From Candidatus Woesebacteria bacterium UBA5941 (lineage in GTDB: Bacteria; Patescibacteriota; Microgenomatia; UBA8517), in contig DJCV01000012.1 in assembly GCA_002430735.1 (NCBI GenBank), positions 1,390 to 65,389 of the forward strand: a stretch of DNA of 64,000 nt, given 5' to 3'. The notes beneath the pieces are model-generated. The model made no database searches, was not told where the DNA came from, and saw only the letters and a list, made by a program, of their open reading frames with translations. The translations under genes and the position numbers were made by a program. Positions 29,449-38,901 of the stretch are shown here, in pieces (the stretch's first letter is position 1; the number at the start of each line of letters is the position of its first letter).

Positions 29449-30890
29449 AAAATCGATTTCCACAGTCATTGTTTTATATATTTATAGGAGTTATTTTGTT
29501 GGGAGCAATTGGCGTGAGGCTCTACAAGATTTCGAGCCCCGTTGCGGATTGGCATTCATGGCGACAGGCTGACACTGCTTCCGTAAGTTATCTCTATGTT
29601 CGCGACGGAATCGATATTTTATATCCACGCTATTTTGACGTATCGAGTATTCAGACATCTTACATCAATTTAGAAGGGTGGAGGTTTGTAGAATTCCCTT
29701 TCTTCAATATTGCCCATGCAATAGGATATAAATACGTGGGTGCAGGTTATAGCTTTGATGAATGGGGGAGGCTAATTTCAATTGCTTCGTCCGTGGTAAC
29801 TACATTTGTGTTATTTCTACTTGGATGGCGGGTTATTGGGAGATTTGGTGGATTGGTCGCTGCATTTGTGTACGCATTCCTTCCTTATAATATCTTTTTT
29901 ACACGAGTCATTCTCCCTGAACCGATGGGTGTGATGTTTGCAGTGCTCGGCCTCTATTTTGGTGTTGTGTATTTTGACACATTTAAGAAGAAGTACTTGA
30001 TCCCAACAGTTATATTCTTTGCATGCGCGCTTCTCATGAAGCCCTTTTTTGCGTTCTTTGCGTTCCCGTTGGTATATATGGCTTGGAGGGAGTATGGCAT
30101 CATCGGAATTCTGAAGCAAAAAGTGCTCTTGCTCTCATTTAGCGGGGTACTGATTCCGTTTTTCGTCTGGCGAGGCTGGATGAATTATGAAACACGATTC
30201 ATTGGGATCCCATTCTTCGCTTGGGCATTTAATGGAGATGGAATTCGCTTTAGACCGTCATTTTGGAATTGGATTTTTGCTGAACGGATTGCAAAGATGA
30301 TTCTTGGTATGTGGGGAGTTGTCCCATTGAGCGTTGGTTTTCTCTATTCAATTAAGAAATATCCAGTTATTTTCTTCTCAGCGCTAGGGATGCTTTGTTA
30401 TCTCAGCTTAGTAGCAACGGCAAATGTACGGCATGATTATTATCAAACGATGATTGTGCCCGCAATTGCGCTCTGTGTTGCAGCTGGGGTTGATTGGTTT
30501 ATTTCTCATGCGCCGTTTCATAAATTTGCGACTACCGTTTTTGTCGCATTTTCAATGTGTATGATGATTCTTGTTGGATGGTACCAGATTCGAGATAATT
30601 ACCAAGTTAATCACGGTGAAATTATTGCAGCAGGCGAGGCAGTTCAGAAGTTAACCAGCGAAGATTCTCGGGTTATTGCACCATACAATGGTGATACTGC
30701 CTTTTTATATCAAACAAAACGGTTTGGATGGCCTGTCGTCGATCGAAGCATCGATGAAATGATTACTCTGGGCGCTGACTATTTCGTTTCTGTAAATTAT
30801 GATGCCGACACGAATAATTTTATGAAGCTCTTTAAGACTGTAGAGAAAACCAACCAATATATAATTCTTGACTTACATGAACGACTATGA
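29445..30890 (+). CDS. GT-C glycosyltransferase, PMT/ArnT-like
   Basis: ORF track frame 29403; ATG 29445 overlaps upstream stop (ATGA); polytopic, early loop ADWHSWRQADTASVSYLYVRDG; family assignment tentative. Confidence 0.45.
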   Translation: MKNRFPQSLFYIFIGVILLGAIGVRLYKISSPVADWHSWRQADTASVSYLYVRDGIDILYPRYFDVSSIQTSYINLEGWRFVEFPFFNIAHAIGYKYVGAGYSFDEWGRLISIASSVVTTFVLFLLGWRVIGRFGGLVAAFVYAFLPYNIFFTRVILPEPMGVMFAVLGLYFGVVYFDTFKKKYLIPTVIFFACALLMKPFFAFFAFPLVYMAWREYGIIGILKQKVLLLSFSGVLIPFFVWRGWMNYETRFIGIPFFAWAFNGDGIRFRPSFWNWIFAERIAKMILGMWGVVPLSVGFLYSIKKYPVIFFSALGMLCYLSLVATANVRHDYYQTMIVPAIALCVAAGVDWFISHAPFHKFATTVFVAFSMCMMILVGWYQIRDNYQVNHGEIIAAGEAVQKLTSEDSRVIAPYNGDTAFLYQTKRFGWPVVDRSIDEMITLGADYFVSVNYDADTNNFMKLFKTVEKTNQYIILDLHERL

Positions 30891-32089
30891 AGATTTTAAT
30901 GCTCGTTCCGTTTTTGCCTAATACTTCAATGTCTGGCGGCCAAACCCGCTGGTATAACATTATTAAAGGACTATCTAAAGAGCACGAAATTACGCTTTTT
31001 TCATTAATCAAAGACGAAAGCGAGAAAAAATTTATTCCAGAGCTTCAAAAATACTGCAAAAAAGTCAGAGTATTTAACCGCCCCAAGTCACCGTGGACGG
31101 TCAGAAACATTTTGCTTACAGCGTTTAGTTATTACCCACTCTTAGTTATTCGTAATTTCTCTCTCAAAGAACGTCGCGCAGTTGTAGCTGAGCTCAAGAA
31201 AGAAAAGTACGATCTCATTCATGCCGAGACGTTTTACGTTATGCCTCACGTTCCCAGTAATATCCCGCAGGTCCCATCGGTTTTAGTTGAACAAACGATT
31301 GAATACATGGTCTATAAGCATTATGTCGATCATGAAGTCCCTTGGTTTTTAAAGCCAATTTATTTACTCGATATTTTGAAGCTTCGATATTGGGAACTCT
31401 ATTTTTGGAAGAAGGCAAATAGGCTCGTTGCTGTATCCGATGAAGATCGTGAAGTAATGAGAAAGCTGATCCCAGATATTCAGGTCGATGTTATTCCAAA
31501 TGGGGTAGACGCAGCATATTTTGAAAAGTATCCGGTGAAGCGAAAGTCTCCTCCACGAGTTCTCTATGGAGCAGCTAACTTTAACTGGCTGCAAAATGTA
31601 GAGGCTGTAAATATTTTGCTTGAGGAAGTTTGGCCAGAAATTGTAACCAAAGTGAAGGATGCATATTTGTGGATTGTAGGTCGAAATATTCCTGAGTCGA
31701 TTTACACAAAAGCAAAAACACTCGATCGTGTCGAATTCACAGAATCGATTCCTGATGTACGTGATGCGTTAAAATCAGCTTCAATTATGGTGGTCCCTGT
31801 TGAGGGGCCTGGTGGAACAAGACTGAAAGTTCTTGAGGCAATGGCGTCAGGTCTCCCAGTTGTTTCTACATCAACAGGAGTTGCGGGACTTGGAATCGAT
31901 GAAGGAACTCATGCAATTGTAAGCCAATCCAGTGAAGGGATGGCTCGTGAAGTTGAGGCCCTCCTTAAGAACTCTAGTAGAGCAAAAAAGGTTGGTGAAG
32001 CAGGGAAGAAGTTTGTGGAGAAGTATTTTGACTGGTCTGTAATAGTGGGAATTCACAATAAAATCTATAAAGAACTTGTTCATGATTAA
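30887..32089 (+). CDS. Glycosyltransferase family 4
   Basis: GGTRLKVLEAMASGLPVVSTSTG. Confidence 0.75.
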   Translation: MKILMLVPFLPNTSMSGGQTRWYNIIKGLSKEHEITLFSLIKDESEKKFIPELQKYCKKVRVFNRPKSPWTVRNILLTAFSYYPLLVIRNFSLKERRAVVAELKKEKYDLIHAETFYVMPHVPSNIPQVPSVLVEQTIEYMVYKHYVDHEVPWFLKPIYLLDILKLRYWELYFWKKANRLVAVSDEDREVMRKLIPDIQVDVIPNGVDAAYFEKYPVKRKSPPRVLYGAANFNWLQNVEAVNILLEEVWPEIVTKVKDAYLWIVGRNIPESIYTKAKTLDRVEFTESIPDVRDALKSASIMVVPVEGPGGTRLKVLEAMASGLPVVSTSTGVAGLGIDEGTHAIVSQSSEGMAREVEALLKNSSRAKKVGEAGKKFVEKYFDWSVIVGIHNKIYKELVHD

Positions 32090-32951
32090 GCCGTTGGTCT
32101 CTATTATTATTGTGAGCTATAACACGAAGGAGTTATTGTTGAACTGCCTCGCTTCAATTAAAGAATATAAAGACGTTTCTTTAGAGATTATTATTTCTGA
32201 TAACGGATCAACAGATGGAACTTTGGAGGTCCTGCGGAAATACAAAGATCTTCCGATCACGCTCATTGAAAACCAGGAGAACCTTGGATTTTCTAAGGGT
32301 AATAATGTCGGGAGAAAGTATGCAAAGGGCGAGTATGTTTTATTTCTTAACCCAGATACGCTCCTTCAACGGCATGTACTTTCAGAAACGCTCTCATATA
32401 TGCAAAACAGGCCGGATGTCGGAGCTCTGACGTGTAAAGTTGTTCTTCCTGACGGTTCACTTGATCCTGATACAAGAAGGTCATTTCCCACACCATTGGT
32501 TGCAATTACTCATTTTAGTGGTCTTGATCGACTATTCCCAAAGTCTCCAATCGTTGGACGGTATTGGTATGGGTACAAAGATGAAGATGAAATTTCAGAA
32601 ATTGATTGCTTGCAAGGAGCCTACTTTTTAACACGAAAAAAAGTATTAAATAAGGTCTCATGGTTTGATGAAGACTACTTTCTGGATGGGGAGGATATCG
32701 ATTTATGTTGGAAAATTAGAGAGCAGGATTTAAAAATAATCTATTATCCACAAATTGCAATTACCCACATTAAAAAAGGGTCGAAAAAGAAGAATAAATC
32801 CCGACGGTCAGTTACTGGTGGGGTACAGGCTATGGAAATCTTCTATCGAAAGAGAATGTGGACGAAATATCCACTCCTCGTTAATTACATGGTAATAGCA
32901 GGCATTAAAGTCTTGTTGCTTATTAGGACGGCGAAGTTTTATTTATCATGA
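32076..32951 (+). CDS. Glycosyltransferase family 2
   Basis: LVSIIIVSYNTKELLLNCLASI...EIIISDNGSTDGT. Confidence 0.8.
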   Translation: MFMIKPLVSIIIVSYNTKELLLNCLASIKEYKDVSLEIIISDNGSTDGTLEVLRKYKDLPITLIENQENLGFSKGNNVGRKYAKGEYVLFLNPDTLLQRHVLSETLSYMQNRPDVGALTCKVVLPDGSLDPDTRRSFPTPLVAITHFSGLDRLFPKSPIVGRYWYGYKDEDEISEIDCLQGAYFLTRKKVLNKVSWFDEDYFLDGEDIDLCWKIREQDLKIIYYPQIAITHIKKGSKKKNKSRRSVTGGVQAMEIFYRKRMWTKYPLLVNYMVIAGIKVLLLIRTAKFYLS

Positions 32952-34060
32952 AAATTGCAATTGACGCTCGCTTTTACGGCCTTGAGAATGCAGGGCTTGG
33001 TCGATATACCATGAATCTTATTGCAGAACTGCAAAAAATCGACACTAAAAATGAGTACACACTGTTATTGAACGAAAAGTGGTGCAAGTCGCTTTCTCTC
33101 TCTCCTAACTTTACAAAGGTACTTGTGCGTGCACGCCACTACAGTGTTGCTGAACAGAGAGAGGTTCCTATGGTTTTAAAAAAAATTAATCCGGACCTCA
33201 CACATTTTCTACATTTAAATGTCCCTCTTTGGTATAACCGTCCATATGTTGTAACCATTCATGATTTACTTATGCACTCAGGTATTGGTAAAGAGGCAAC
33301 AACACTTCCGCTATGGAAATTTCTCATTAAGCGCTTAGGCTATAGAGCTGTATTTGATCACGCGGTGAAGAGTGCACAAAAAATAATTGTTCCCTCGAAA
33401 TTTGTGAAGTCGGAGCTTGAGAAAACGTATCCACAGGTACTCGATAGGATATCGGTTATTTATGAGGGAGTGAGCTTACAAGAGAACCATGCGAAGACAA
33501 GCGTCAGAATCTCTGACGAGTATTTCCTGTATGTCGGGAATGCATATCCGCATAAAAATCTAAAGACGTTGTTGTCAGCTATTTCATATTTAAATGTTAA
33601 AAGAGAACAATCAGTGAAGCTGGTTTTGGTTACCCCTCGTGATGTGTTTACTGAACGATTGAAAAAGGAAATTGAAAAAACGAAGACTAAACATCTGGTC
33701 ATCCTCAAAAGCGGTGTTGATGACGATGAATTACAATCGCTATACGCACATGCAAAAGCGTTTGTGTATCCAAGTTTCTCTGAGGGCTTTGGATTGCCTG
33801 GACTTGAAGCAATGCAAAGTAATACCAGGCTTGTCGTATCTGACATCCCGGTTTTCCATGAAGTATATGAAGATAACGCGCTGTACTTTAATCCCCATGA
33901 TGTTGAAAGTATGAGCTTAGTACTTTTACGAGTTCTCAATGAAAAAAACGAGAAGCGATTTGGTGCGCTCCGGAAAGCGTCCTCATTTGCAAAGCGCTAT
34001 TCATGGACTGCAATGGCAAAAGAAACAGTAAAGCAATATAAAAGCCTGTCACAAGTGTAA
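32948..34060 (+). CDS. Glycosyltransferase family 4
   Basis: YPSFSEGFGLPGLEAMQSNTRLVVSD. Confidence 0.75.
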   Translation: MKIAIDARFYGLENAGLGRYTMNLIAELQKIDTKNEYTLLLNEKWCKSLSLSPNFTKVLVRARHYSVAEQREVPMVLKKINPDLTHFLHLNVPLWYNRPYVVTIHDLLMHSGIGKEATTLPLWKFLIKRLGYRAVFDHAVKSAQKIIVPSKFVKSELEKTYPQVLDRISVIYEGVSLQENHAKTSVRISDEYFLYVGNAYPHKNLKTLLSAISYLNVKREQSVKLVLVTPRDVFTERLKKEIEKTKTKHLVILKSGVDDDELQSLYAHAKAFVYPSFSEGFGLPGLEAMQSNTRLVVSDIPVFHEVYEDNALYFNPHDVESMSLVLLRVLNEKNEKRFGALRKASSFAKRYSWTAMAKETVKQYKSLSQV

Positions 34061-34118
34061 CAGGCTTCCGTCGATATTGTGCTCCTTTTTCGATCGGTCG
34101 GTGTTATTATAGGCACAG

Positions 34119-35204
34119 ATGCATACAAAGGCAAAAAAGGTAGCGATCGTATATGACCGGGTTAATAAATGGGGTGGTGCAGAACGTGTTTTGTTATCCC
34201 TTCACGAATTGTTCCCAAATGCTGATTTGTTTACCTCCGTATATGACAAAAAAGGAGCGCCCTGGGCGTCTTCATTTAAGAATGTGAAAACGTCCTTTGT
34301 GCAGTACATCCCATTGGCAAAAAGAAACCATGAATACTTTGCACTTCTTATGCCAATGGCTTTTGAATCGTTTAATTTTTCCACGTATGACGTAGTTATT
34401 TCAGTAACGAGCGAAGCGGCAAAAGGGGTGATCACTGGACCAGACACACTGCACTTGTGTTATTGCTTAACTCCTACCCGATATTTGTGGAGTGGACGAA
34501 AAACATATTTTGATTCTGCTTTAAAACGGGCAATAACAAAGCCAGCCCTCACGTACTTGCGTAACTGGGACCGGACAGCCAGTGGACGGCCAGACAAAAT
34601 GATAGGAATTTCCACAGAAGTAAAAAAACGAATACAGAGATATTACGGGCGGGAAAGCGCTTTGATATTCCCACCTGTCGAGACTGAACTGTTTATAAAT
34701 ACGAAAAAGAGAAAAGGTGAGTACTTCCTGCTCGTTTCACGATTAGTTGGATATAAAAAGGTGTCTCTTGCGGTTAAGACGTTTAATCAAATCGGCGAAA
34801 AGTTAATTATTGTAGGAACTGGTAGACAGGAGCGTCATTTGAAATCCATTGCAAACCGTAATATTGAATTTCGTGGCACGGTAAGTGATCAAGAACTTGC
34901 GAAATTGTATGCAGGTGCAAAAGCTCTCATCTTTCCTCAGCATGAGGACTTTGGTTTAGTATCCCTCGAAGCACAAGCCGCGGGGACGCCCGTAATTGCC
35001 TACAAAAAAGGAGGTAGTCAAGATACGGTGAAAGATAAAAAAACTGGACTTTTGTTTAATAAACAAACAATTACCAGCTTAACCAGGGCAATACAGAGCT
35101 TCAATGAAAGAGATTTCAACCCAAAAGTATTGAAAAATCACGCCAAACAATTTGAAAAGAAGCGTTTCCTAGATGAATTTGCTACAATGCTTTCATCGTT
35201 ATGA
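34119..35204 (+). CDS. Glycosyltransferase family 4
   Basis: FPQHEDFGLVSLEAQAAGTPVIAYKKGG. Confidence 0.7.
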   Translation: MHTKAKKVAIVYDRVNKWGGAERVLLSLHELFPNADLFTSVYDKKGAPWASSFKNVKTSFVQYIPLAKRNHEYFALLMPMAFESFNFSTYDVVISVTSEAAKGVITGPDTLHLCYCLTPTRYLWSGRKTYFDSALKRAITKPALTYLRNWDRTASGRPDKMIGISTEVKKRIQRYYGRESALIFPPVETELFINTKKRKGEYFLLVSRLVGYKKVSLAVKTFNQIGEKLIIVGTGRQERHLKSIANRNIEFRGTVSDQELAKLYAGAKALIFPQHEDFGLVSLEAQAAGTPVIAYKKGGSQDTVKDKKTGLLFNKQTITSLTRAIQSFNERDFNPKVLKNHAKQFEKKRFLDEFATMLSSL

Positions 35205-36286
35205 AGATTGTTATTTTCTGTGGTGGCTACGGGACTCGAATGTGGCCAGCAAGCCGAAAAAGTTATCCAAAGCAATTCTTTCCGATTATAGGCGGAAAAT
35301 CCTTCTTTGAGCACACACTTCATCGATTTGAAAAAGCATATAAGCCAGAAGATATTTTAATTTCAACGGAAGCTACTTACGCTGACTTTATTTATAAACT
35401 GGCACCAGAAATCCCTGTAGAGAATGTGATTATTGAGCCCGAGAGACGCGATAACCTTGCTGCAATTGCATTAGTTACCGCGCTCTGCGAGAAACGTTTC
35501 CCAGGAGAAGTGATTTTCTTTAGTTGGTCTGATCACTTGATCAAAAAAGAAAAGGAATTTTTACAGTATGTGAAAGTTGCAGGCGATTATGCACATGAAA
35601 CAGGCACCCCTGTTTCAGTGAACGAATATCCAACATTTCCAAATATCTACGATGGATGGCTGCACTTCGGAAATAAGATTAATACCTATAACGGTGTGAA
35701 TCTGTATGAAATTGAAAAGTTTATAGAGAAACCGAATCTGCAAACTGCGAAGCGGCTCTTTAAATCAAAAGGATACTTAATCCATACCGGTTATGGTGCG
35801 TGGCGAATTGATCGCCTGGTTGGCTATTTCAAAGAATATGCAGGCGAAAGCTACGCCCACGTTGAAAAAATTGCACAGACCTGGGGTACCGATCAGTTTG
35901 AATCAACATTGAAAAGTGAATATGGAAAAATTGAAAAGAATTCAATTGATTATGGACTCTTTGAAAAAATCCCTGCAAATGAACGGCTTACGATGGCCGT
36001 AGATACTGGTTGGCAAGATGTCGGTACTTGGCAGCTTATGTTTGAATCACTCGCCTCTGATGCAGAGGCAAATCTCGTTGAAGGAGAAGGAAAAGCTCGA
36101 TTTATTGATGCTTCTGGAAATCTCGTTGTCGGGAGTAAAGGCAAAATGGTTGCCGTTATTGGATTATCAAATATTGCAGTAATAGATACTCCAACTGGCT
36201 TACTGGTAAGTTCACTTGAAAAAACTGCACGCGTGAAGGAATTATTTGGTATGCTTGAAAAAGATGATCCGGATTTCGTAAACTAG
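35201..36286 (+). CDS. manC: Mannose-1-phosphate guanylyltransferase (nucleotidyltransferase)
   Basis: N-terminal IVIFCGGYGTRMWPASRKSYPKQFFPI matches the GGxGTRLWPxSRxxxPKQF signature of GDP-mannose pyrophosphorylases. Confidence 0.65.
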   Translation: MKIVIFCGGYGTRMWPASRKSYPKQFFPIIGGKSFFEHTLHRFEKAYKPEDILISTEATYADFIYKLAPEIPVENVIIEPERRDNLAAIALVTALCEKRFPGEVIFFSWSDHLIKKEKEFLQYVKVAGDYAHETGTPVSVNEYPTFPNIYDGWLHFGNKINTYNGVNLYEIEKFIEKPNLQTAKRLFKSKGYLIHTGYGAWRIDRLVGYFKEYAGESYAHVEKIAQTWGTDQFESTLKSEYGKIEKNSIDYGLFEKIPANERLTMAVDTGWQDVGTWQLMFESLASDAEANLVEGEGKARFIDASGNLVVGSKGKMVAVIGLSNIAVIDTPTGLLVSSLEKTARVKELFGMLEKDDPDFVN

Positions 36287-36312
36287 TGGTTCGTCATATA
36301 GAATAGATACGT

Positions 36313-38355
36313 ATGGAAAAAAATGCCCATGACATTCCACAAATAAAACCTGCATCAGTGCTTGAACCAAACCTTGAGCACGACATACCGAAGATTACGC
36401 CTGAAGACATGCATGTACCCATGAAACAAGCAACTCATTCAACAGCTAAACCCAGAACGAAGCGAAACAAAAAGGCAATTCGTATTGCGGGTATTGTCTT
36501 AGTTGTACTACTCGTTGTAACGGGGATTTTTGGGGTGTTGCTTGGTATCCCTGCGTTTGCTGTATACAAAGAGTCTCAAATATTAGCTCAGAAGGGGCAA
36601 GCACTGAAAGCATCCATCGCAACAAATGACATTAGTGTTGTAAAGGCAGAGCTTCAAACATTTGAAGGTGCATTGGGCTCTTTCCAAGGAAAATTTAAAG
36701 GAATGGCTCTTATGAAACCACTGCCTATTTTGGGAGCCTATTACCAGGACGGTGAGCATGGTATTCAAGCGGGTCTTTACGGTATCCAAGCAGCCAAGTT
36801 ACTCCTTGAAACAGTAGAGCCATATGCTGATATCATTGGATTTAAAGGTGCAGCGAGCAAAGTAGCCACAAGCGGTGCTGAAAATGCCAATAATCGGCTC
36901 GAATTTTTAATTAATACTATTAAAGGCGTTACTCCAAAGATTGGTGAGATTTCTGAAAAAGCAGCTCTAGCAGAAAAGGAACTTGAAACAATTGACCCTT
37001 CACGATATCCAGAAAACTTTAGAGGGATTAAAGTACGCGAACAACTTACTCAGTATCTTGATCTTGCCAAACAAGGAACAACAGTACTTGCTCAAAGTAA
37101 GCCTCTTGTTGAACAAGCTCCATATTTATTAGGAGTTGATGAACCACGTAAGTATTTACTTATCTTCCAAAACGACAGCGAGTTGCGTCCAACCGGTGGG
37201 TTTTTAAGTGCATATTCAATTATTGAAATTTCTAAAGGAAAGTTTAGGTCAGTATCTTCGAATGACATCTATATGTTAGATGATAAATATAAGCCTTCTA
37301 TTCAAGCACCTGACATATTCCCTGAATATTTAGCAGGTATTTATGTCGCCAACAACAAGTTCCGTTTGCGCGACATGAATTGGTCCCCAGACTTTAGAAC
37401 CAGCATGGAAATGTTCCTTCCTGAAGCGCAAAAGGCAGGCCTAACTGGGTTTGATGGAGTTATCATGGTTGATACAAAGGTCCTTGGAAATTTGCTCGAA
37501 GTGATTGGACGAGTCGGAGTTCCTGGATTTGGTAATTTTGGAACACAAACTGATAAACGCTGTAACTGTCCAGAGTATATTTATGTGCTCCAAGACTATA
37601 CAAGCGTGGAAGGACCGGTTGTATGGAGTCAGGATGAACCTGGAAAAATTATCTTTGCACCTGCTAACTATGGTAAGAATCGAAAAGATATTTTGGGTGT
37701 ACTTATGAATTCAGTACTCTCCAATACCTTAGGACAACCAAAGGAGAAACTTCCAGCCTTATTCCAAGCGGCATGGGATTCTGTGATTGGAAAAGATGTT
37801 CAAATGTACATGTTTGATCCAGATGCTCAAGCTGCACTGGAGTCGTTTAATTTAGCTGGTCGCATTCAGGAAACAACGGGTGACTATCTCCATATTAATA
37901 ACGCGAACCTCGGAGGACGAAAGTCTAACCTTTATGCAACGAATGAAGTTGCACAGACATTTAAGAGAAATAGTGATGGGTCTGTTGAGAAAACCGTTGA
38001 GATTACCTATAAAAACCCTCAGAAGTACGATGGATGGTTAAATTCAGTGCTCCCAACATATACTCGCATTTATGTTCCAAAAGGAAGTACTTTAATTAAA
38101 GCTGATGGATTTGAGACACCTGGAGAAACATTTGAAGAACTTGGGAAGACCGTTTTTGCTGGAGGCTTTAAATTGAGACCTGAAGGTTCAAAGAAAATTA
38201 CAGTAACATACAAAATTCCTGGAACCTATGGTGGTACATTGCAAACGTTAATTCAAAAGCAACCTGGTGTTGAGTCTCTCTACACCGTAACCGGAAATAG
38301 ACAGGTTGAAGAGTTTATGCTCTTGCAAGACAAGGCAATGACTATTCGCTTGTAA
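36313..38355 (+). CDS. Membrane-anchored extracellular protein, DUF4012-like
   Basis: 680 aa; basic N-terminus then single TM (IAGIVLVVLLVVTGIFGVLLGI), large hydrophilic domain; family call from memory, tentative. Confidence 0.35.
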   Translation: MEKNAHDIPQIKPASVLEPNLEHDIPKITPEDMHVPMKQATHSTAKPRTKRNKKAIRIAGIVLVVLLVVTGIFGVLLGIPAFAVYKESQILAQKGQALKASIATNDISVVKAELQTFEGALGSFQGKFKGMALMKPLPILGAYYQDGEHGIQAGLYGIQAAKLLLETVEPYADIIGFKGAASKVATSGAENANNRLEFLINTIKGVTPKIGEISEKAALAEKELETIDPSRYPENFRGIKVREQLTQYLDLAKQGTTVLAQSKPLVEQAPYLLGVDEPRKYLLIFQNDSELRPTGGFLSAYSIIEISKGKFRSVSSNDIYMLDDKYKPSIQAPDIFPEYLAGIYVANNKFRLRDMNWSPDFRTSMEMFLPEAQKAGLTGFDGVIMVDTKVLGNLLEVIGRVGVPGFGNFGTQTDKRCNCPEYIYVLQDYTSVEGPVVWSQDEPGKIIFAPANYGKNRKDILGVLMNSVLSNTLGQPKEKLPALFQAAWDSVIGKDVQMYMFDPDAQAALESFNLAGRIQETTGDYLHINNANLGGRKSNLYATNEVAQTFKRNSDGSVEKTVEITYKNPQKYDGWLNSVLPTYTRIYVPKGSTLIKADGFETPGETFEELGKTVFAGGFKLRPEGSKKITVTYKIPGTYGGTLQTLIQKQPGVESLYTVTGNRQVEEFMLLQDKAMTIRL

Positions 38356-38897
38356 TGCGTGGAAGATCACGTTCTTCACTACTTCACGGAATTGTAATTG
38401 GAAGTACCCCTCAAGGAGAAGCTGACAATCTAATAACCTTTTATACGAAAGAAAAAGGACGGTTGTCTGCCATTGGGAAAGGTGCTCGAAAAATAGCAAG
38501 TAAAAAAAGAGGTGCGCTGCAAGTTTTTAATCAGGTGTCGTTTGAATATATTGATACTGGTGGTTTAGGTCTTGTGACTGAAGCGAAATTAATTCGTTCG
38601 TTCCAAAATATTCAGCTTGATTTAAAAAAGCTTTCCCTCGCATTCTTCTTTTGCGAAGTGACTCGTAAAATTACCCCAGAACACGTTCCACAACCTGAAA
38701 TATATGCACTGCTCGTTTCTGCAATGATGACGCTTGAAAAGGAGTCCAAACTTCGCATGGTTAAAAATACATTCATTAGAAAGATACTCGACTATACGGG
38801 GTTTTCTTCCGAGGAAATGGTGGACCCAATGAAACATTTACAGGATGTATTAGAGCGCGATTTGGGCAGCGTACGCATCGGACGGATGATACAATAG
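38355..38897 (+). CDS. recO: DNA repair protein RecO (short form)
   Basis: N-terminal LHGIVIGSTPQGEADNLITFYTKEKGRLSAIGKGARK matches RecO OB-fold start (GIVL..GESD.I..LFT.E.G.....KGARR); 180 aa, no Zn-finger cysteines. Confidence 0.55.
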   Translation: MRGRSRSSLLHGIVIGSTPQGEADNLITFYTKEKGRLSAIGKGARKIASKKRGALQVFNQVSFEYIDTGGLGLVTEAKLIRSFQNIQLDLKKLSLAFFFCEVTRKITPEHVPQPEIYALLVSAMMTLEKESKLRMVKNTFIRKILDYTGFSSEEMVDPMKHLQDVLERDLGSVRIGRMIQ

Positions 38898-38901
38898 CCC
38901 G

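Noticed and set aside
33460-33939. 159-aa minus-strand ORF
   Set aside because: Antisense to a GT4 gene; no motif, no RBS context
34030-34075. Inverted repeat GCCTGT-N9-ACAGGC at end of GT4 gene
   Set aside because: Short 6-bp stem, no downstream T-tract; unlikely terminator
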